Assembly: GCA_051942165.1 (NCBI GenBank)
Contig: JAVECS010000003.1
Coordinates: forward strand, 1-63,888
Length of the DNA: 63,888 nucleotides
Direction of reading: 5' to 3'
Source: Circinaria calcarea
Lineage: Eukaryota
Positions 26,406 through 39,737 of the stretch are shown piece by piece. Made by a program: the position numbers and the translations under genes. The notes below the pieces were generated by a model. That model searched no databases. It was not told where the DNA came from and worked only from the letters and a program-made list of their open reading frames with translations. Each line of letters starts with the position of its first letter. The stretch's first letter is position 1.

Positions 26406-27477
26406 AGATAGTGTTGGCTTTGCATCGAGGCAACCAGGTACGGGGCAGTTCAATATCAGTATCAGTTTCTCGTACAACTTTAAGATATGTTATCAAGATG
26501 AGTTCCTAGAATAGTGAAGAATCCCTTTGCATTCTGACTATGCTCGAATTGCTTTATGGGTAGCGGATTCGTTGTTTGCGATATCAGCATACTGACTTGG
26601 TTTCTGCACGAATTTAGCTACTGCCCTTATTGAGATTCAACATGCACTCAACGCGGACGAGAGGAGATACTCCGAATTGAGGACGTTTACCCACGTAGTG
26701 CCGGAGAACTACCAGCTTGCACTTTTGCGCAGGATCCTGTATGAGCAGTCTGGAGTAGGTGCCTCCAGATGAGACTAAGACAAGCACATACGGCTCAATA
26801 CATACAGAACAAAACCTCTTCAGGTGGCAACTACACCACATAAACCACCGAAATACACTCATGAAATCACTTCCTATGTCGACGGCAATAGGCCACTAAA
26901 GGAGGAGGGGGTCCTCTATATAACGACGATCCGTGCTGTACACAGACAAGGCTTATTAAAGGCACGATCTTGACTGAAGTTGCTGGATGGAGTCTTTGGT
27001 GAAGAAGGTAGTGATCTACTGTCGCCTGAAGGTTCTTTGCTGCACGAGGGAAATTCATTGTGGGCATATGCTGCTTCTACTGGGCCTGTGGAGAATCAGT
27101 GATATTTTGGTTTTTACGAACTTTTCCCCCTTGGGTAGCGGTGGTCTGACCTAGACGGTAAGAGATGGCAAATCCGATATTGGTCCATGGCGGCTACGCG
27201 AATGCTGGAAACTGGTTATCCCTATGGAGGAAGTAGTCGTTGTATATAAAAGAGAGGCTCCCAACTGTGTTGTAGAGCCGCCTTAGGGCTAGCTAGATTC
27301 TTGACAGGATAATCCAATCACTAACCAACCAACGTACAAAGTGCTTGTCTTGTTATCCAACAGTGTCTTGGAGATAGCTAGAACCATGTGAAGGTAGTCC
27401 GTCACTGTCTCGATGATCAAGTTTGGAGAGAAGCCGTGACTACTGTCTGAGGATACTTTGAGCTGCTAGCCACACAG

Positions 27478-29410
27478 TCACTCAGGGTTCAAGTGGAATC
27501 GTTCATGAGCAGCCATGGCGAAGTATGGCATAACTGAGCCACAGGTTGCGCATGTTTCGCCGAGATTCAGATCTTCGCCTTCACTATCCCAGGCATATTC
27601 TGCATTGAGGCTTGTCTGCGTGGGGGGTATCTCCTCCTCCGAACCATGCCTGAGACAAATCTCAGTTTGATTTGCGGGGATTGGTGAGGAGCTTTCATCA
27701 ATTTGATCATGTATCGTACCTAACCCCTTTCCAGGAGGCATGACGTCTTTCTCCTGTACCTTTGAATTCTGGAGGGCATTTGCTTGCCTCTTGAACATCT
27801 TTCCAATATCTCGACCACGGTCATCAGTCGCGGTCTCCACCATATTTACCACGGCGATATTGACCAAACTCAAGTTCCATCCAGACTTCTCTGGATGCAG
27901 CTTTTGGAACAAAGGGACCAGGGTCTCAATGACCAGCTTGTCCACCAAGACCTCTCTCGTCTCTTTGAGGTTGAAGATGAGTGTCGGCATGGGAATCGAG
28001 CGGGAAATTCGATTATATGTACGCGTCCGGATTCCATCAGAATTCACCGGCGGGCGAGGACGGGTCGTGAGCCGCAGTGTGCGAGGATGAGCGAGCCATC
28101 GTCGCGAAAAATTGACCTGATCTGCTGAGGGTTGCCCCTCTTCTGCCTCTTGGCAGTAACTGTTGTCCTCATCATCTACCTCCGTAAGGTCCAAATAAAC
28201 CCTTCTTAGAAGACTATCCGCTAACCTCTGGAGCTCCGTCTTCACTTCTTTGATGTTGTCTAGCCGAGTGTAGCTGTCCTCGATACTGATTTGTCGGGGC
28301 ACCTTTCTTGCTTTGCCCACTTCTGTTTCATCAATACCGTTAATTAAGCCCCAGATCTTCTGACCGACGCCTCTAGGGAAGCCAGGCCCTCCTAGCAGAT
28401 CCTCCAGTAAGTGTGGACCCATGCCAGGGAAAAGTCTCACATCTCGTACTAACAAACCCTTCTTCGTGCTTTCAGTCACGAGTCCGGCATCGAAGATCTC
28501 TGGCCGACCCAACACATGGTCTCGTATCTTCTGCCCCAACTTACAGCCAATGCCAGGAATTCTCCTAATCTCATGAGAGTCAATGAACTGCGTGACGTTA
28601 CTCTCCTCATCGCTAGAGGGAGGGATATATGAAGGCACCAAGGTCGTTTGAGCTTTGGGCTTGTGGACCTCGCCAATAAGCTTGGAGAGGAGTTTGTTTA
28701 TGCTGATGCCAACGGTTGAGGTATATCCCTTCTGCTCATCTAGCTGATGCCTGAGATATTGTCCTAGGTGCGACGCAAGCCGGAAACGTAACATCCTGCG
28801 ATCGGACCCGGGAGACGCTGGGGTTGGAAGTGCTGAGGAGCTGAGACAAGCCGAGCTAGTCGGGTACTCGTTGCCGCACATGACAGTAGCATCATAGGAA
28901 AAACCCACTGTCGGATCGTCCTGTTTCAGGTGAAAGAACGAGTGACTTAGATTCCTGTAGTTGAGAAGCTCCATGTTGTAATCGATCATCGTGGTGGTGT
29001 CCATGAAAACCTCATCAAAGCCCAGCCTTTCCACTTTGCCGCTCCAGCTAAAGTCTCTCAAGAAGTTATAGAGATCCTTGGAGGCGTTCCTGAAGCGCGT
29101 CAGGTCCTCCCCTAGCACGATAACGACATCCGGACACCTCTTCTTGGCTTCTTTGATGAGCTGGAGTTTATGAAGTCCCCTCCGTCGGGCTTCATAGTTG
29201 CAAGTGACAATGATATGTTTTTGCTGAACAGCAAGGGGCAATGATTTTAGTGAAGGGTTTTCGTTTTCGATCACGGAAGCGTAGAAGGCATCGTAGTCCT
29301 AGACGAAGCCCTTAGACAAGACTTGATAGAGAAGAGATGCAGAGCGCTACCAAATGTATGATGATCCTCTCAACAGCCCTATTCGGCGCGTCCCTATCTG
29401 ATCTCCACAT
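27478..29410 (-). CDS. Y-family translesion DNA polymerase (iota-like) with C-terminal UBZ finger
   Basis: Exon 1 MWRSDRDAPNRAVERIIIHL splices to DYDAFYASV (catalytic motif I); VTCNYEARRRG; VERLGFDEVFMD; C-terminal CATC..HERFH. Confidence 0.92.
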
Positions 29411-31168
29411 TCCTCCTGTGTCATTATTAGAATATGACCACAGTAAGACTTGGGGGGTTTAGGTGTCTATTGTCAGAAGTTTGTTATGTACGGCACCGAC
29501 ACTCTAGGCCTGATGCCGTAACGTCCCAGCTACAGTCGGGAAAGTTTTGGTGAAATGCGATGATACTACTATAAGTGTGGAGAGTGTGCCAGAAGTATAT
29601 CGATCTACTCCGTAAGCATCTTTGGATCAAATCGTCATTCCATCTTTTCATATCTAACAACTGGTACCGCATATCTTCTGGATAGCGACCTCGAATATAT
29701 GCATATTCATACCTTTGCTGACTGTGCTTTTTCCAAGTCCCCTTGGTTGATCTTTTCCATCGGGTTGGACACTTAGTAGGGGCGCTCCCTGCTTATCTGT
29801 CCATTTGTGATTGTGATTGTGATTGCAGGCACGGTAGCAAACCACCCTTCTTCATACTGTATATATATTCGTCGTCGAACTTACTGTTGGCCCCATCGGT
29901 TATCATCGCGGCCAGCGTGAATTTCTTATCCATCAATCCTCGCATGGCCACATTTGCCCCGGTTACGGCCATGGTCACCTCGTCCCCAGCATCCCAATTC
30001 GCCTACCATCTTCCCCCGTGCTAATATGACCCAGACTTGACAGTCCGACCACTCTGCCTTCTTGCAACCACGACAAGGCCGATTCGATCGAGAGGATAAA
30101 TGAAAGTAAGCCATTGGGTAATGAAGTTATCAACGGCGGAAGGGGGTATTTAGACTGGCAGCCGATCGGTCGTATTTGACATTTCTCCCATCAGAAGAAC
30201 AAATCAAGGAGCATTGGGGCATCCGATCGGACGGGGGCTACGCATCTCAAGGGGGAGGGTTTTGGATAGAGACATGCGGGTTGGCCTCAGTTTCCAAGCA
30301 TGTTGCATAAGTATAGGAGGTCTCGCATGCTTCTAGATTGTGCATGTTTGGTAAAAGACTTTTGGCAGTAAGAGGGGTGGATCAGTTGATCGAAGCTGAA
30401 GATTGGAGGGTCGTAGTGGGTGGAAGTTCCAAGTGGGTGCGTGGGTGATACAAGAATAGATGCATTCGTACGCGGGGCTGGTGTGAGAGACCATTGGGGA
30501 GTCTCTTGGACTCGAGGATCAACAGGATCAATAGCCTCGATAGACAGGCAAGTACGTAACGTCTTCCCGGCTCTGATTGCTCCTTGTTCATCTGCATGAA
30601 AATCTCGGCGTGGCGATCAAGACTAGAGTATGCCAGCCGAGCTTATAGATCGACTCGCACCGCTTTTTGGCAGGTTCGGCCGAGGAAAATAAAAATAGGC
30701 ATCGGCAAGACTGAGACATGGCATTTGCCTCCTCCACTCACTCGAGAGCATTTCGGGCTAGCGGGCGATGATCCCCCTCCGGCTGCTTTGTTCGGGGACA
30801 ATTCCAAAGGCCCTTCTGACTGCCGAGCCTATTCTTGGCCGACTTGCCCTTGATTGTCGGTGCTTGGGCTTAGCGTTGCATGCTAATCCTGCCAATCTTG
30901 CTCCCACACACCCGGGTAGAATACAACACCTCTTTATATGCTGCCCCTTCTTGCATCTCAACGCTTCTCACGCTGCATCATCTACCCACTCTCGATTGTC
31001 AGTTTTGCCGGACGACAGCCTGTACATACACTTGGAAGCGCAAGCTGGTCTTGTCTCAATTTGGACCAACACCCGCCACCCTCGCCCTCCCTTACGCGTC
31101 CACACCTGACTCGCCTCTTCACCGTTAGATCCTGCCCACCCTCCTTATAGGCAGCTCGATTCTCCACT

Positions 31169-32185
31169 ATGCTGACACTCCCAATGCGCTCGCCTCATTC
31201 AAACCTTGACCATCAATCTCCTGGAACCCGCTCCCCGGCGGAAGAAGCCCAACAGTCTAGACGGGTCATCCCGTCGCACCCCAAACCAGCATCGTCTACG
31301 ATGAGCATATCCATTCTGCCGCCAATGCGGTCAGTCTCGGCAAGACGACCAAAGCTTTCGCTGCAGACGAACGCAACACCTCTACTTTTCGCGTACAAGT
31401 CAAGTACTGGACTTGCTCTCAATACAGCCACCGACTCTCCGACCGTCCGCAATACCTATAACAATGCTTTCAACTCCCAAGCTGCCGGATCCCCGTCGCC
31501 GAAACGACCGGCCGATAAGGCTCCGAAACCGCCGAGGTTTGCTGAGGAGTCGACACCACTGGCTTCCCCGTCGGCAACTTCCCCAGCGTCAAGCGAAACG
31601 TCTCCATTCTCGCAATCAATACCGTACACCCATTCGATAGTTCCGCGGAGTATCCTACGCAACAGCCCCTTGTCCAGGCGGCTTCTTTTGGCTACATCAA
31701 CGAAGTCATCGAAACGGATTTTTCCTCCAAATAAGCGTGTCGTCTTCCGTAGTAATCTTGTCGAGCTAATACCAACATCCGTGGTTGATGAGTCCTCATC
31801 GGATTCAGACGCCAGTGACTCGAGTCAGAAACGGGGAAGGGTATTATCATCGCAGGGAACTTTGAAAGTTGACGAAGCGGAGTTCGCTCCAACTACACCA
31901 CAAGGGAGACGGAAGAGGAGGCGGGAATGGATATGGACGTTGGGTTCTGCGGAAGATGGGAAAGCATCGCCAGACGAAAACAATAGCCCGAGCAAAATAG
32001 CAACTCAGGAGAGCTGCCTAGCGAGTGTCAACAGCCGGCAAGAAAACATACTGAAGTTACCCGAAGCATGTACGCCAATACTTCGCACACCTTCGGAACG
32101 CAAGCCCGGAAATTACCCTTTTCGTGCGAGCCGACCTTCTCTCATGACTGATGACGATGACCCTGTCAGAAAACCCCCAGAATAG
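31169..32185 (+). CDS. Ser/Pro-rich disordered hypothetical protein with docking motifs (candidate PP1 regulator)
   Basis: Intronless 338-aa ORF containing RRPKLSLQT, PRSILRNS, KRVVF and GRRKRRREWIWTLG. Confidence 0.8.
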   Translation: MLTLPMRSPHSNLDHQSPGTRSPAEEAQQSRRVIPSHPKPASSTMSISILPPMRSVSARRPKLSLQTNATPLLFAYKSSTGLALNTATDSPTVRNTYNNAFNSQAAGSPSPKRPADKAPKPPRFAEESTPLASPSATSPASSETSPFSQSIPYTHSIVPRSILRNSPLSRRLLLATSTKSSKRIFPPNKRVVFRSNLVELIPTSVVDESSSDSDASDSSQKRGRVLSSQGTLKVDEAEFAPTTPQGRRKRRREWIWTLGSAEDGKASPDENNSPSKIATQESCLASVNSRQENILKLPEACTPILRTPSERKPGNYPFRASRPSLMTDDDDPVRKPPE

Positions 32186-32657
32186 AGGAACCTTTGGAGG
32201 CAGGGGGAGATTTGCAATTGAAAACACCACCGGGGCCATCATGGGGCAGGATGGTGGAACGAGGCTTGCGAGCGAGCCCTAGTGATCAAGGAATCATGTA
32301 TTTTCGAACCGTCAGATGGTACGGGTGAGACATAAATACACATAAATACACGGGACACCACACCGGTGCACGTAGAACTCTACTGAGGAATAAACGAATA
32401 CTGTACATGGAGTATACTAGACAGGATTTAGACGAGCTCAAGTCTCATCCCAATTTTACCTATAGACTGATCAGTCTCATGGAAGGCTGTCCCGTGGTGC
32501 ATGCGTCCTAGTGTCTGCTGTGACCTCCGAACATGCCATGGTTGCAGGACGCTCTGGAAAACCTCGAGGGAGACAAACCCGGCCAATAACCAAATCAACG
32601 GTGATGACCCCTTTCCCAGTCAGCCGCCTTACTCTTCCGCGCCCCACAACATCATCA

Positions 32658-35600
32658 TCACGTGCCCGTCTCGGTTTCTGAGTGTTGCGTGTTAGCAAAC
32701 GGAAAGCGAACGCGGTCTCGGCATCACTCACCGATGTCCGGCTCCCTGCCTCCCAATCCACCAGTCATCTTCCTCTTCACCCTCTTCAGCGCAAACTTGG
32801 CCTCGTCTTTGGCAAAGGCCACATTCCGCATCGGTTTCCACTGCATCAGGCCCCGCTGCTTCCTCTTCTCGCTCTTCTTGTTCGCCGTCGCCGTCGCCTT
32901 CTCTTCCTGTTTGCTGGTCCCGTCAGTCGTCTCCCCGCCCATATTCTCATGGAGTGCCGAGCCGTTCATGTTCTTGCCGGCATCGGTATTCGTAGCGTCT
33001 TGAATGCCCAAATCATCGGAGTCGGAGTCGGAGTCGGAATCGCTTTCGAGGCTGTTGTCGTCGATTTCGTCGTCATCTGAACTGGGAACGATCGGATGCT
33101 TGACGGGTTTCTGGGCACCCGGTTCGGCGCGTTTTCGGCCCGTCGAGTCCATGTATGCTTTCGGATCGTGACCGAAGGCACCGCTCCAGTCCTCACCGTC
33201 CTTGGCCAGCCACTTCTTTCGCTCTTCCGGATCGGCTTCCTTGAGAATATCGCGACCTTCAGTGAGGGATTGCTCGTGAAGTTCCTGTATGCTCGGAGGC
33301 AGTTCGTTGGTGACCTTGTGGTGGCGAACGCCCTCGGCGACGCATGCTTCCCATGTCTCAAAAGTCTCCCGCGTATCATTATCGACCACGAACTGCTCGT
33401 GATCTTCGTCAGTTCCTGCCTTGAATCGACAGCGGAATTGTAGACGACCAATCTCCCGCAAATCTTCCAGCCCGGGGATTTCTGTTTTCGCTCGCACGTT
33501 CTCTTCCGTGATGTAATTCTGAGTCAGTCGAGGTCCGTTCTTAGTCGTCCAGATCGGGATATTGATATCCGTTACTTCATTATCCACCAAATGTTGCAAC
33601 CAGATGGTGGCATAAGCAGCTGCACCACGCTTGCCGGCTGTGTGGAACTCGAAGACCACGGGTGACCTGTATCGGAACTTGACGGGTAGCCGAACACTGT
33701 TCTTGCCGTCTTTCTTTGCAATATCCCAAAACATGCCGTCTCCTTCGGGTAGGCTTCGACACTGCGTCTTCGATATTGATCCGACGCTACCTCCAGTACG
33801 CAGTTTCAGCTTAGCATGTGACTGGTAATTGAGGGCCAACAGCCTGCTGGAGGTGAACTCAAATGTACCCACGTCCCAGCCAAGCATGTTGGGGGGTAAA
33901 CGGGTCTCGACGCTACGGAAAAGTAGAGAAACTCGCATACGACCAAAACCCTGCCGATATGAGCAGACATACTTGATGAAAGGGTTCGAAGGGACTCACA
34001 ATGCCACCATCAAGTGGATACCATCGAGTTACTTGCGAGCTCGATTGAAGTATATCCGATATCTTGAGAGGGACGACACCAAGGATTGGATCGTGCTGTC
34101 GGTATCTTTGGTCTCGTACCGTTATCGTCACAATACCTGACCTCCAATCCCGCATAAACCTTTCTGTACCGGCATTGAAAATTGGCTTGCTACTGACGGC
34201 CTTCGCGCGAGTGCGGTAAACCTGGAAAGCTGTTAAAACGTGTTTGACTTGTATTTCTCTGGTAACGAACCAGCTGGTCGTTGAATAAAATAGTACAATA
34301 ACTGCTTGGCAGCTTCTTACTCTCCTCCTCGGTGTTCTCGCCAGCTTCCTTTGCTGGTTCGTATTCCCTGCCCTTTGGCTTTCTCTCGCTGCCTTTGATG
34401 TTCTCGAGCTCTAAATTGACGATCTGGTGGATAACCACGCTGCAGATTCCGCTGGGCCACAGGGGGTCTGGCGGTGTATGTGCAACAGCATCCTCAGTTT
34501 CGTTTGCCAAAGTGCCTTTATCATCCTGCAGCTCTGGTTTATCTTTGAGCGCCTCAGGCAGGTTCCTATCCTTGCCGTCTGTCCGCAACGCCGGCCTGAA
34601 CTGTGGCTTGCTGAAATATCCTACTTCCCAGTGCAGCTCGCCTGGCATCTCGCTATCGGCCTCCATACCAGTGAGCTTCGAGACTTGCGGGTACATCTTC
34701 GCGGGATGTTGGATCATTTTCTGCATGGAGAGTTCAACTTTGCCGACGATGTCATCCGCTGTGGAGCGATCAGAGTCCCACAACTCGACGCTAAGTTGTT
34801 CATCCGCCTTGATGAGCTCCGGTGTGACAAGCAACCTGATAACCTTTAGCAAACCAGAAGTATGGGTTTTGTCCCGCCACTTACGCTGCTGTCTCCTCCC
34901 ACATCGGATTCAAGTCGTCTGTGATGACCCTAGTGCAATACATGGGTTTACCATACTTTGAGAAGGACAACGTGATATATGGATCGGAGCCGCCACCCTT
35001 GCTGCCCCGCCTGTCCTGTTTGCTCAAACCGACGGCACGATGAATTCTGATCCACATAACCCCAAGGGCTTCTGTTTCCTTCTGGATATCATCTCCCTGC
35101 AGCAGCGCAGCCAAATCAAGAGACATGGACTTGGGCGCTACGTATAGACTTGCGGCAGCCTTGATCGCGTAGTTTACGAAAGTTGAAATTAAGGGGAGAT
35201 TCAGTATATTGACCCCAGTCTATCCAGACAGCCGCAGTTAGAAAATGATCCTACGCCCCAAAGCAATCTGACTTACCTTCACCAGTGGTACACAACCCGC
35301 TGTAACTTGGGGAACGCCCATCAGAGTAAAAGTTAGATTTTTGGCAAATGGCGGCTCTGGCGTCATCTGTAGCCGTAATCTGATTGTACCCACAAGTTCC
35401 TGCAGTTCAACAAAGATGGGTAAGGGTACGCCGAACAGCCCCTTGACACCCAAGTAGAAGACGAGTTCCATGTGCATGTTCCGCGCCTTTGAAGAAGAAT
35501 CCGCCCCGCTAGGTTTCGCATGATAGGCAAAGGAAGCTTCAATATTATAGTAATCGCCCCCCTCTTCGTCGGCAGCAGCTTCCTGGGGATCCTTGGTCTT

Positions 35601-36785
35601 TTTGTTCTCGTCGTGGATACTGTCTTTCAATTCCTTCACATGCGAATCCGGTAATGCACGAAGACTAAGGATTCGGATGGGATTGTTACCCTGGTTAATC
35701 TCGGCCACGCGTACGTTTTCAATCACGCCTGGAACAGAGGCCTGCATAACATCCTCCAAGGTATCCGCCACAGATGCAAACATATCAGGATTCAGAAGGC
35801 CCCTGTGTCAACTTAGCAGACGCTATAAGGCTCCTTCTCTTTCACTTACCAGACGATTTCGAGAAAATGATTCATCCATTCCACGGATTCCGGGATAAGA
35901 TTGGCAACTGCCGTCTCTCCTCTGGATTGCTCGCTTGACCATTCAACTTCTCTACCGGAGCGTATGACCTCCTTCATCCACAACCAGATCCCAGATACGA
36001 TGCATGCAGCAGTCGGGATCAACCCTTTCAAAGACCCTCCAAACATTTTCCCTAGGACCACGATTGCCACAAATACTCCTATGCAGAGACCTCCTGCTTG
36101 CTTCTCAAGAGAGGTGAACATAGGTTCATAACTGACCGAGGGGGTCGGAAAAAATTGAATGTTAGATTTCTCACCGTGAATGGGAACGTCCGATGTACTG
36201 CCCTCGGCGACTGGATCTGGAGGGGCTGTGACATCTTGATTATGTTTGTATTCAGGGTTGGACTGAGACGGATCCACCTTGATGGTCTAAGTAAGGAGTC
36301 AGCGAGGGTCTTTTGATGCCATTCTACTGCTTCCTAACTCACAGTATCCTTGCCCAGATTTGCGTTAGGGACAGTAAGCTAGATCAGTCAACAGTCAAAT
36401 ACTTTCCAACCAGTAATGGTCCCGCTTACTTTAGGATCCTTAGCCAACTTAACAAAAGATTCATTGACATCTTCAATCTTCACCGTATTGCCAGTTGTAG
36501 GATCCGTCACGGTCTTGTGTGCACCTGAGTCGCCCGCAGGCTTGTTCCTGTGGGGAGTCGCATCCCCCAGTTTCTGACTCGCCTCCGCTTTCTTTGCTTC
36601 GTCAAGCTGTCGGTCTCTGTCTTGCTTGTCCTTATCAAGCCCCGCGAGGAACTTCGAGATCGTCGGCACCTTGTTTTGACCTGTTCATCTGTTATTTCCA
36701 TACACTCAATGGATAGCACCCGACGGGTATAGCCCGTACCACTGTAATGTGCGCCAGGTCTGTACTGGGTTTGCTGGTCTGCCAT
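32658..36785 (-). CDS. SMP- and C2-domain membrane contact-site protein (Mug190/tricalbin-like); multi-exon
   Basis: ATG at 36785; TM hairpin; PESVEWMNHFL (start of SMP); C2 motifs GGGSDPYITLSF..DLNPMWEET, VELWDSDRSTADDIVG and VRDQRYRQHDPILG. The last micro-exon ETETGT* ends at 32658. Confidence 0.9.
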
Positions 36786-37476
36786 ACTGGTTGGCGGAAG
36801 GCGGCTTGCTTCCCTGGCGTTATTTTTCCTTCGACTCCCCCGTCCTATGCTTCGCAAAGAGGCCTCTTTCCCTGTAGTGATGTCGGACTCTCGTACTCAA
36901 TGGTTCCAGTACATCTAAGGAATGATCACAGGCATTCGTAGAGGCCTTAAAAACGGTGAGCACAACTCGGAGAATGCATTCCAGATGCCCAAAATATCCA
37001 GACGCGGTTCCTTGATTTCGCTAGACGGCTCCAACTTCGTCACTAGGGGGTTCACCGCGCTTATAAACTAAGATAGACGGGCCCTTGGCCCTTGTTATCC
37101 TCTCAGCTGGGCAATGCGCGAACCGTTTCTCTGTATCTGATGATACTGTCGTTCCGTTGGGATTTATATTAATATTATCTCGTACCAAGAATTATCTAGG
37201 AAACATCAAGTATGGCCCCGGTCCAGAAATGGAGTGGAAATTGCCTTTGGTAGATAGCGCCATGGACCCAGGTCAGGTGACCTCTAAAGGGAAAAAGGGG
37301 GGGAAGTTGAATCACATGTTTGAACCAATGAATACCTTCCATCGTCTAACGGAACAGGGCTTTCACTGTGCTCAGAATCATACCGGAGAGCTTCGGACGC
37401 CTCGTAATTGTCAAGCCTTCCACCTATCTGTACCGGTTACATCCATCCATCTTTGGATAGAAATTCTCGGCAGCAA

Positions 37477-39075
37477 ATGGAGAACGTCATCGGCTTCGAA
37501 AATGGCTTGTTGTGTCTGCGTGGGAAGCTTGTTTGGGGCACACTCTATGTCGACTTGGCAGACGGCTGCATTATTGATGAACCACCGGCGAGGCCCCACG
37601 TAGTACACGACATGAAGGGCCAGATCATAGCCCCGGCGTTTCTGGAGCTGCAGACCAACGGCTGCATTGGCTTTCATTTTACTCATTTCCACGACCCCGA
37701 AGTCTATCAAGAAAACCTCAAGGAGGTAGCTCGTTATCTGGTTACAACAGGAGTAGGAAGTTTCTGGGCAACTCTGCCTACCATTAGTGTAGACCTCTTC
37801 AAAATTGTAGGCAGTTAGGCCCTTCTCGTATCCCCTCCCGCTACATGTCTTTGAGCGGAACTGACTCAAGAGCCGGTTGTATTGTTTGACCGTGAGTACC
37901 AAAACTGCTACAATCTCCGTTTCTCCCTGGAACTCTTTGTGTTTAAACAACCGTTTTTCCAAGTCCATGAGCTATCCATATTAGCAGTGAAAATCTTGGC
38001 TTGTTTATTCAGTGTTATGACCATTCTCTGATTTCATATACCCAGGTCCTCTTCTTTACCTACCCTGTATACTCTATTAATGGTACTTTTATGCGATGCC
38101 TACGAGGTTCTACAGAAGCATGTAGTACTACTGTCAGACAACCAAACTAGGATAATACTAAGTGTCTTCCAGATCCTTCCACATCTGAAACCCCTAGAGT
38201 TTCCCGGAGGCGCCGATTTATTAGGTGCGCACTGTGAAGGTCCTTGGCTGAATCCATCCAAGAAAGGAGCCCACAGTACTATACCGACGTTCCCTTATTG
38301 ACGAAACATACTCACGAAAGCAGATGCTGCTCTTATGCAATCTCCTGAGTCGATGTCGGCGGAGAATGTGTACGGCACATCCAACTTAACGACGAGTATC
38401 AAGATGGTCACGATTGCACCTGAACTAGTGGCCTCCTCGAAAATCATCCGACAACTGGCTGAGAGTCGAGGCATTTGCGTATCCCTCGGGCATTCCGCTG
38501 CAGACTATCCCACTGGCGTTGCGGCACTGGAAGCGGGTGCCAAGACGTTGACCCACGTCTTTAATGCGATGAACCCCCTGGACCACAGGAAGCCCGGACT
38601 GGCTGGCCTTGTGGCATCGCCCGAAGCCCCATATTATTCCATCATAGCAGATGGCATCCATCTGCATCCAGCAACGGTGGCAATGGCCTTCCGAGCAAAT
38701 GCAGAAAAGTGCACGCTCATCACCGACTCTATCGAGATGGCGGGGATGCCCGATGGGGTGTATCCGGGGCATGCCCAAATACCGCACCCTCAGCGGAAAG
38801 TGGGTAACAAGGTCACCATCGAGGGGACCGACACCTTGATCGGTAGTTGTATCAGCCTCGATGAGTGTGTGCGCAACCTAGGCAAGTATAGCGGCTGTAG
38901 CCTAGCCGAATCGGTCAGATGCGTCACCGAGAATATTGCGAATCTCATGGGTTTGGAGGATCGGGGGGTTCTCGAGCCGGGACGAAGGGCCGACTTAGTG
39001 ATCCTGGATGGCGAGGGTTTTGTCCAGCAAACGTGGGTTCGGGGTGTTCGCGTGCATGCCAGAGCCCATCCCTGA
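37477..39075 (+). CDS. N-acetylglucosamine-6-phosphate deacetylase (NagA/Dac1 family)
   Basis: IAPAFLELQTNG, GAHCEGPWLNPSKKGAH, VTIAPE, SLGHS, LTHVFNAM, IADGIHLHP, LITDS and GRRADLV. Introns 37808-38172 and about 38276-38323. The start could lie further upstream. Confidence 0.92.
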
Positions 39076-39737
39076 CACGTGAGAGAACCGATGATTTACG
39101 GCGGAAACTTGTCCGCGATCATATTTTGGTGCATCAGAAAGAAAGCCAGACAGCCAAAGCTGTTGAGGCCAATCGTCCAAGACGCTTACAATGTTTCTCT
39201 CTCGTCGGTAATAAATTTGATATGCAAAGCTTGGCCGAGTCCTCTGACTGAGGCTACCAGCGGAATAAGGATGACAGTTACTACGGAGTAGTGGTCTCGC
39301 TTCGAAGGTGGTCCAAGATCCATTGATGCGAGATCCGACCCCACCTCCGCTCGTACGGTGTAACGGCCCCGCCCCCCAAAAGGGATGTCTACTAATAATC
39401 ATAATGTGGTGGTCTCCTCAAGCCAAGGCCAAGGCTAGAACTAGAGCCAATTCTACATACCGGTATCTCCAACCCCAGATAAATCTACCAATTCCCGCTG
39501 GACCGATGCATTACCCCACCCCCCGCCCTCGGTCACGTCGTCGACAGTGTCTCGAGGGAGATGCACCTACCAATCTGGAAAGCTTTCTACCTCTGTCGGT
39601 CGTGAACAAACTACCACGTTGCGCAAGCTTCCTTGCTGCCACATAGTCTACTGCTGTACCGCCGCCAGACTTTCATAGACAGTTGATCCTTCATCTATCT
39701 CTGTCCTACATCTCTTCGTTCTATAATCGATCTAAAG

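Noticed and set aside
26614..27067. Short ORFs between the GET2 and pol iota 3' ends
   Set aside because: No recognisable homology or consistent exon structure.
29484..31150. Short ORFs and a (TGTGAT)3 microsatellite upstream of pol iota
   Set aside because: Unrecognised; compatible with promoter/leader DNA, and the repeat is too short to interpret.
33016..33042. (TCGGAG)n repeat
   Set aside because: Encodes an ordinary Asp-Ser linker in the C2 protein.
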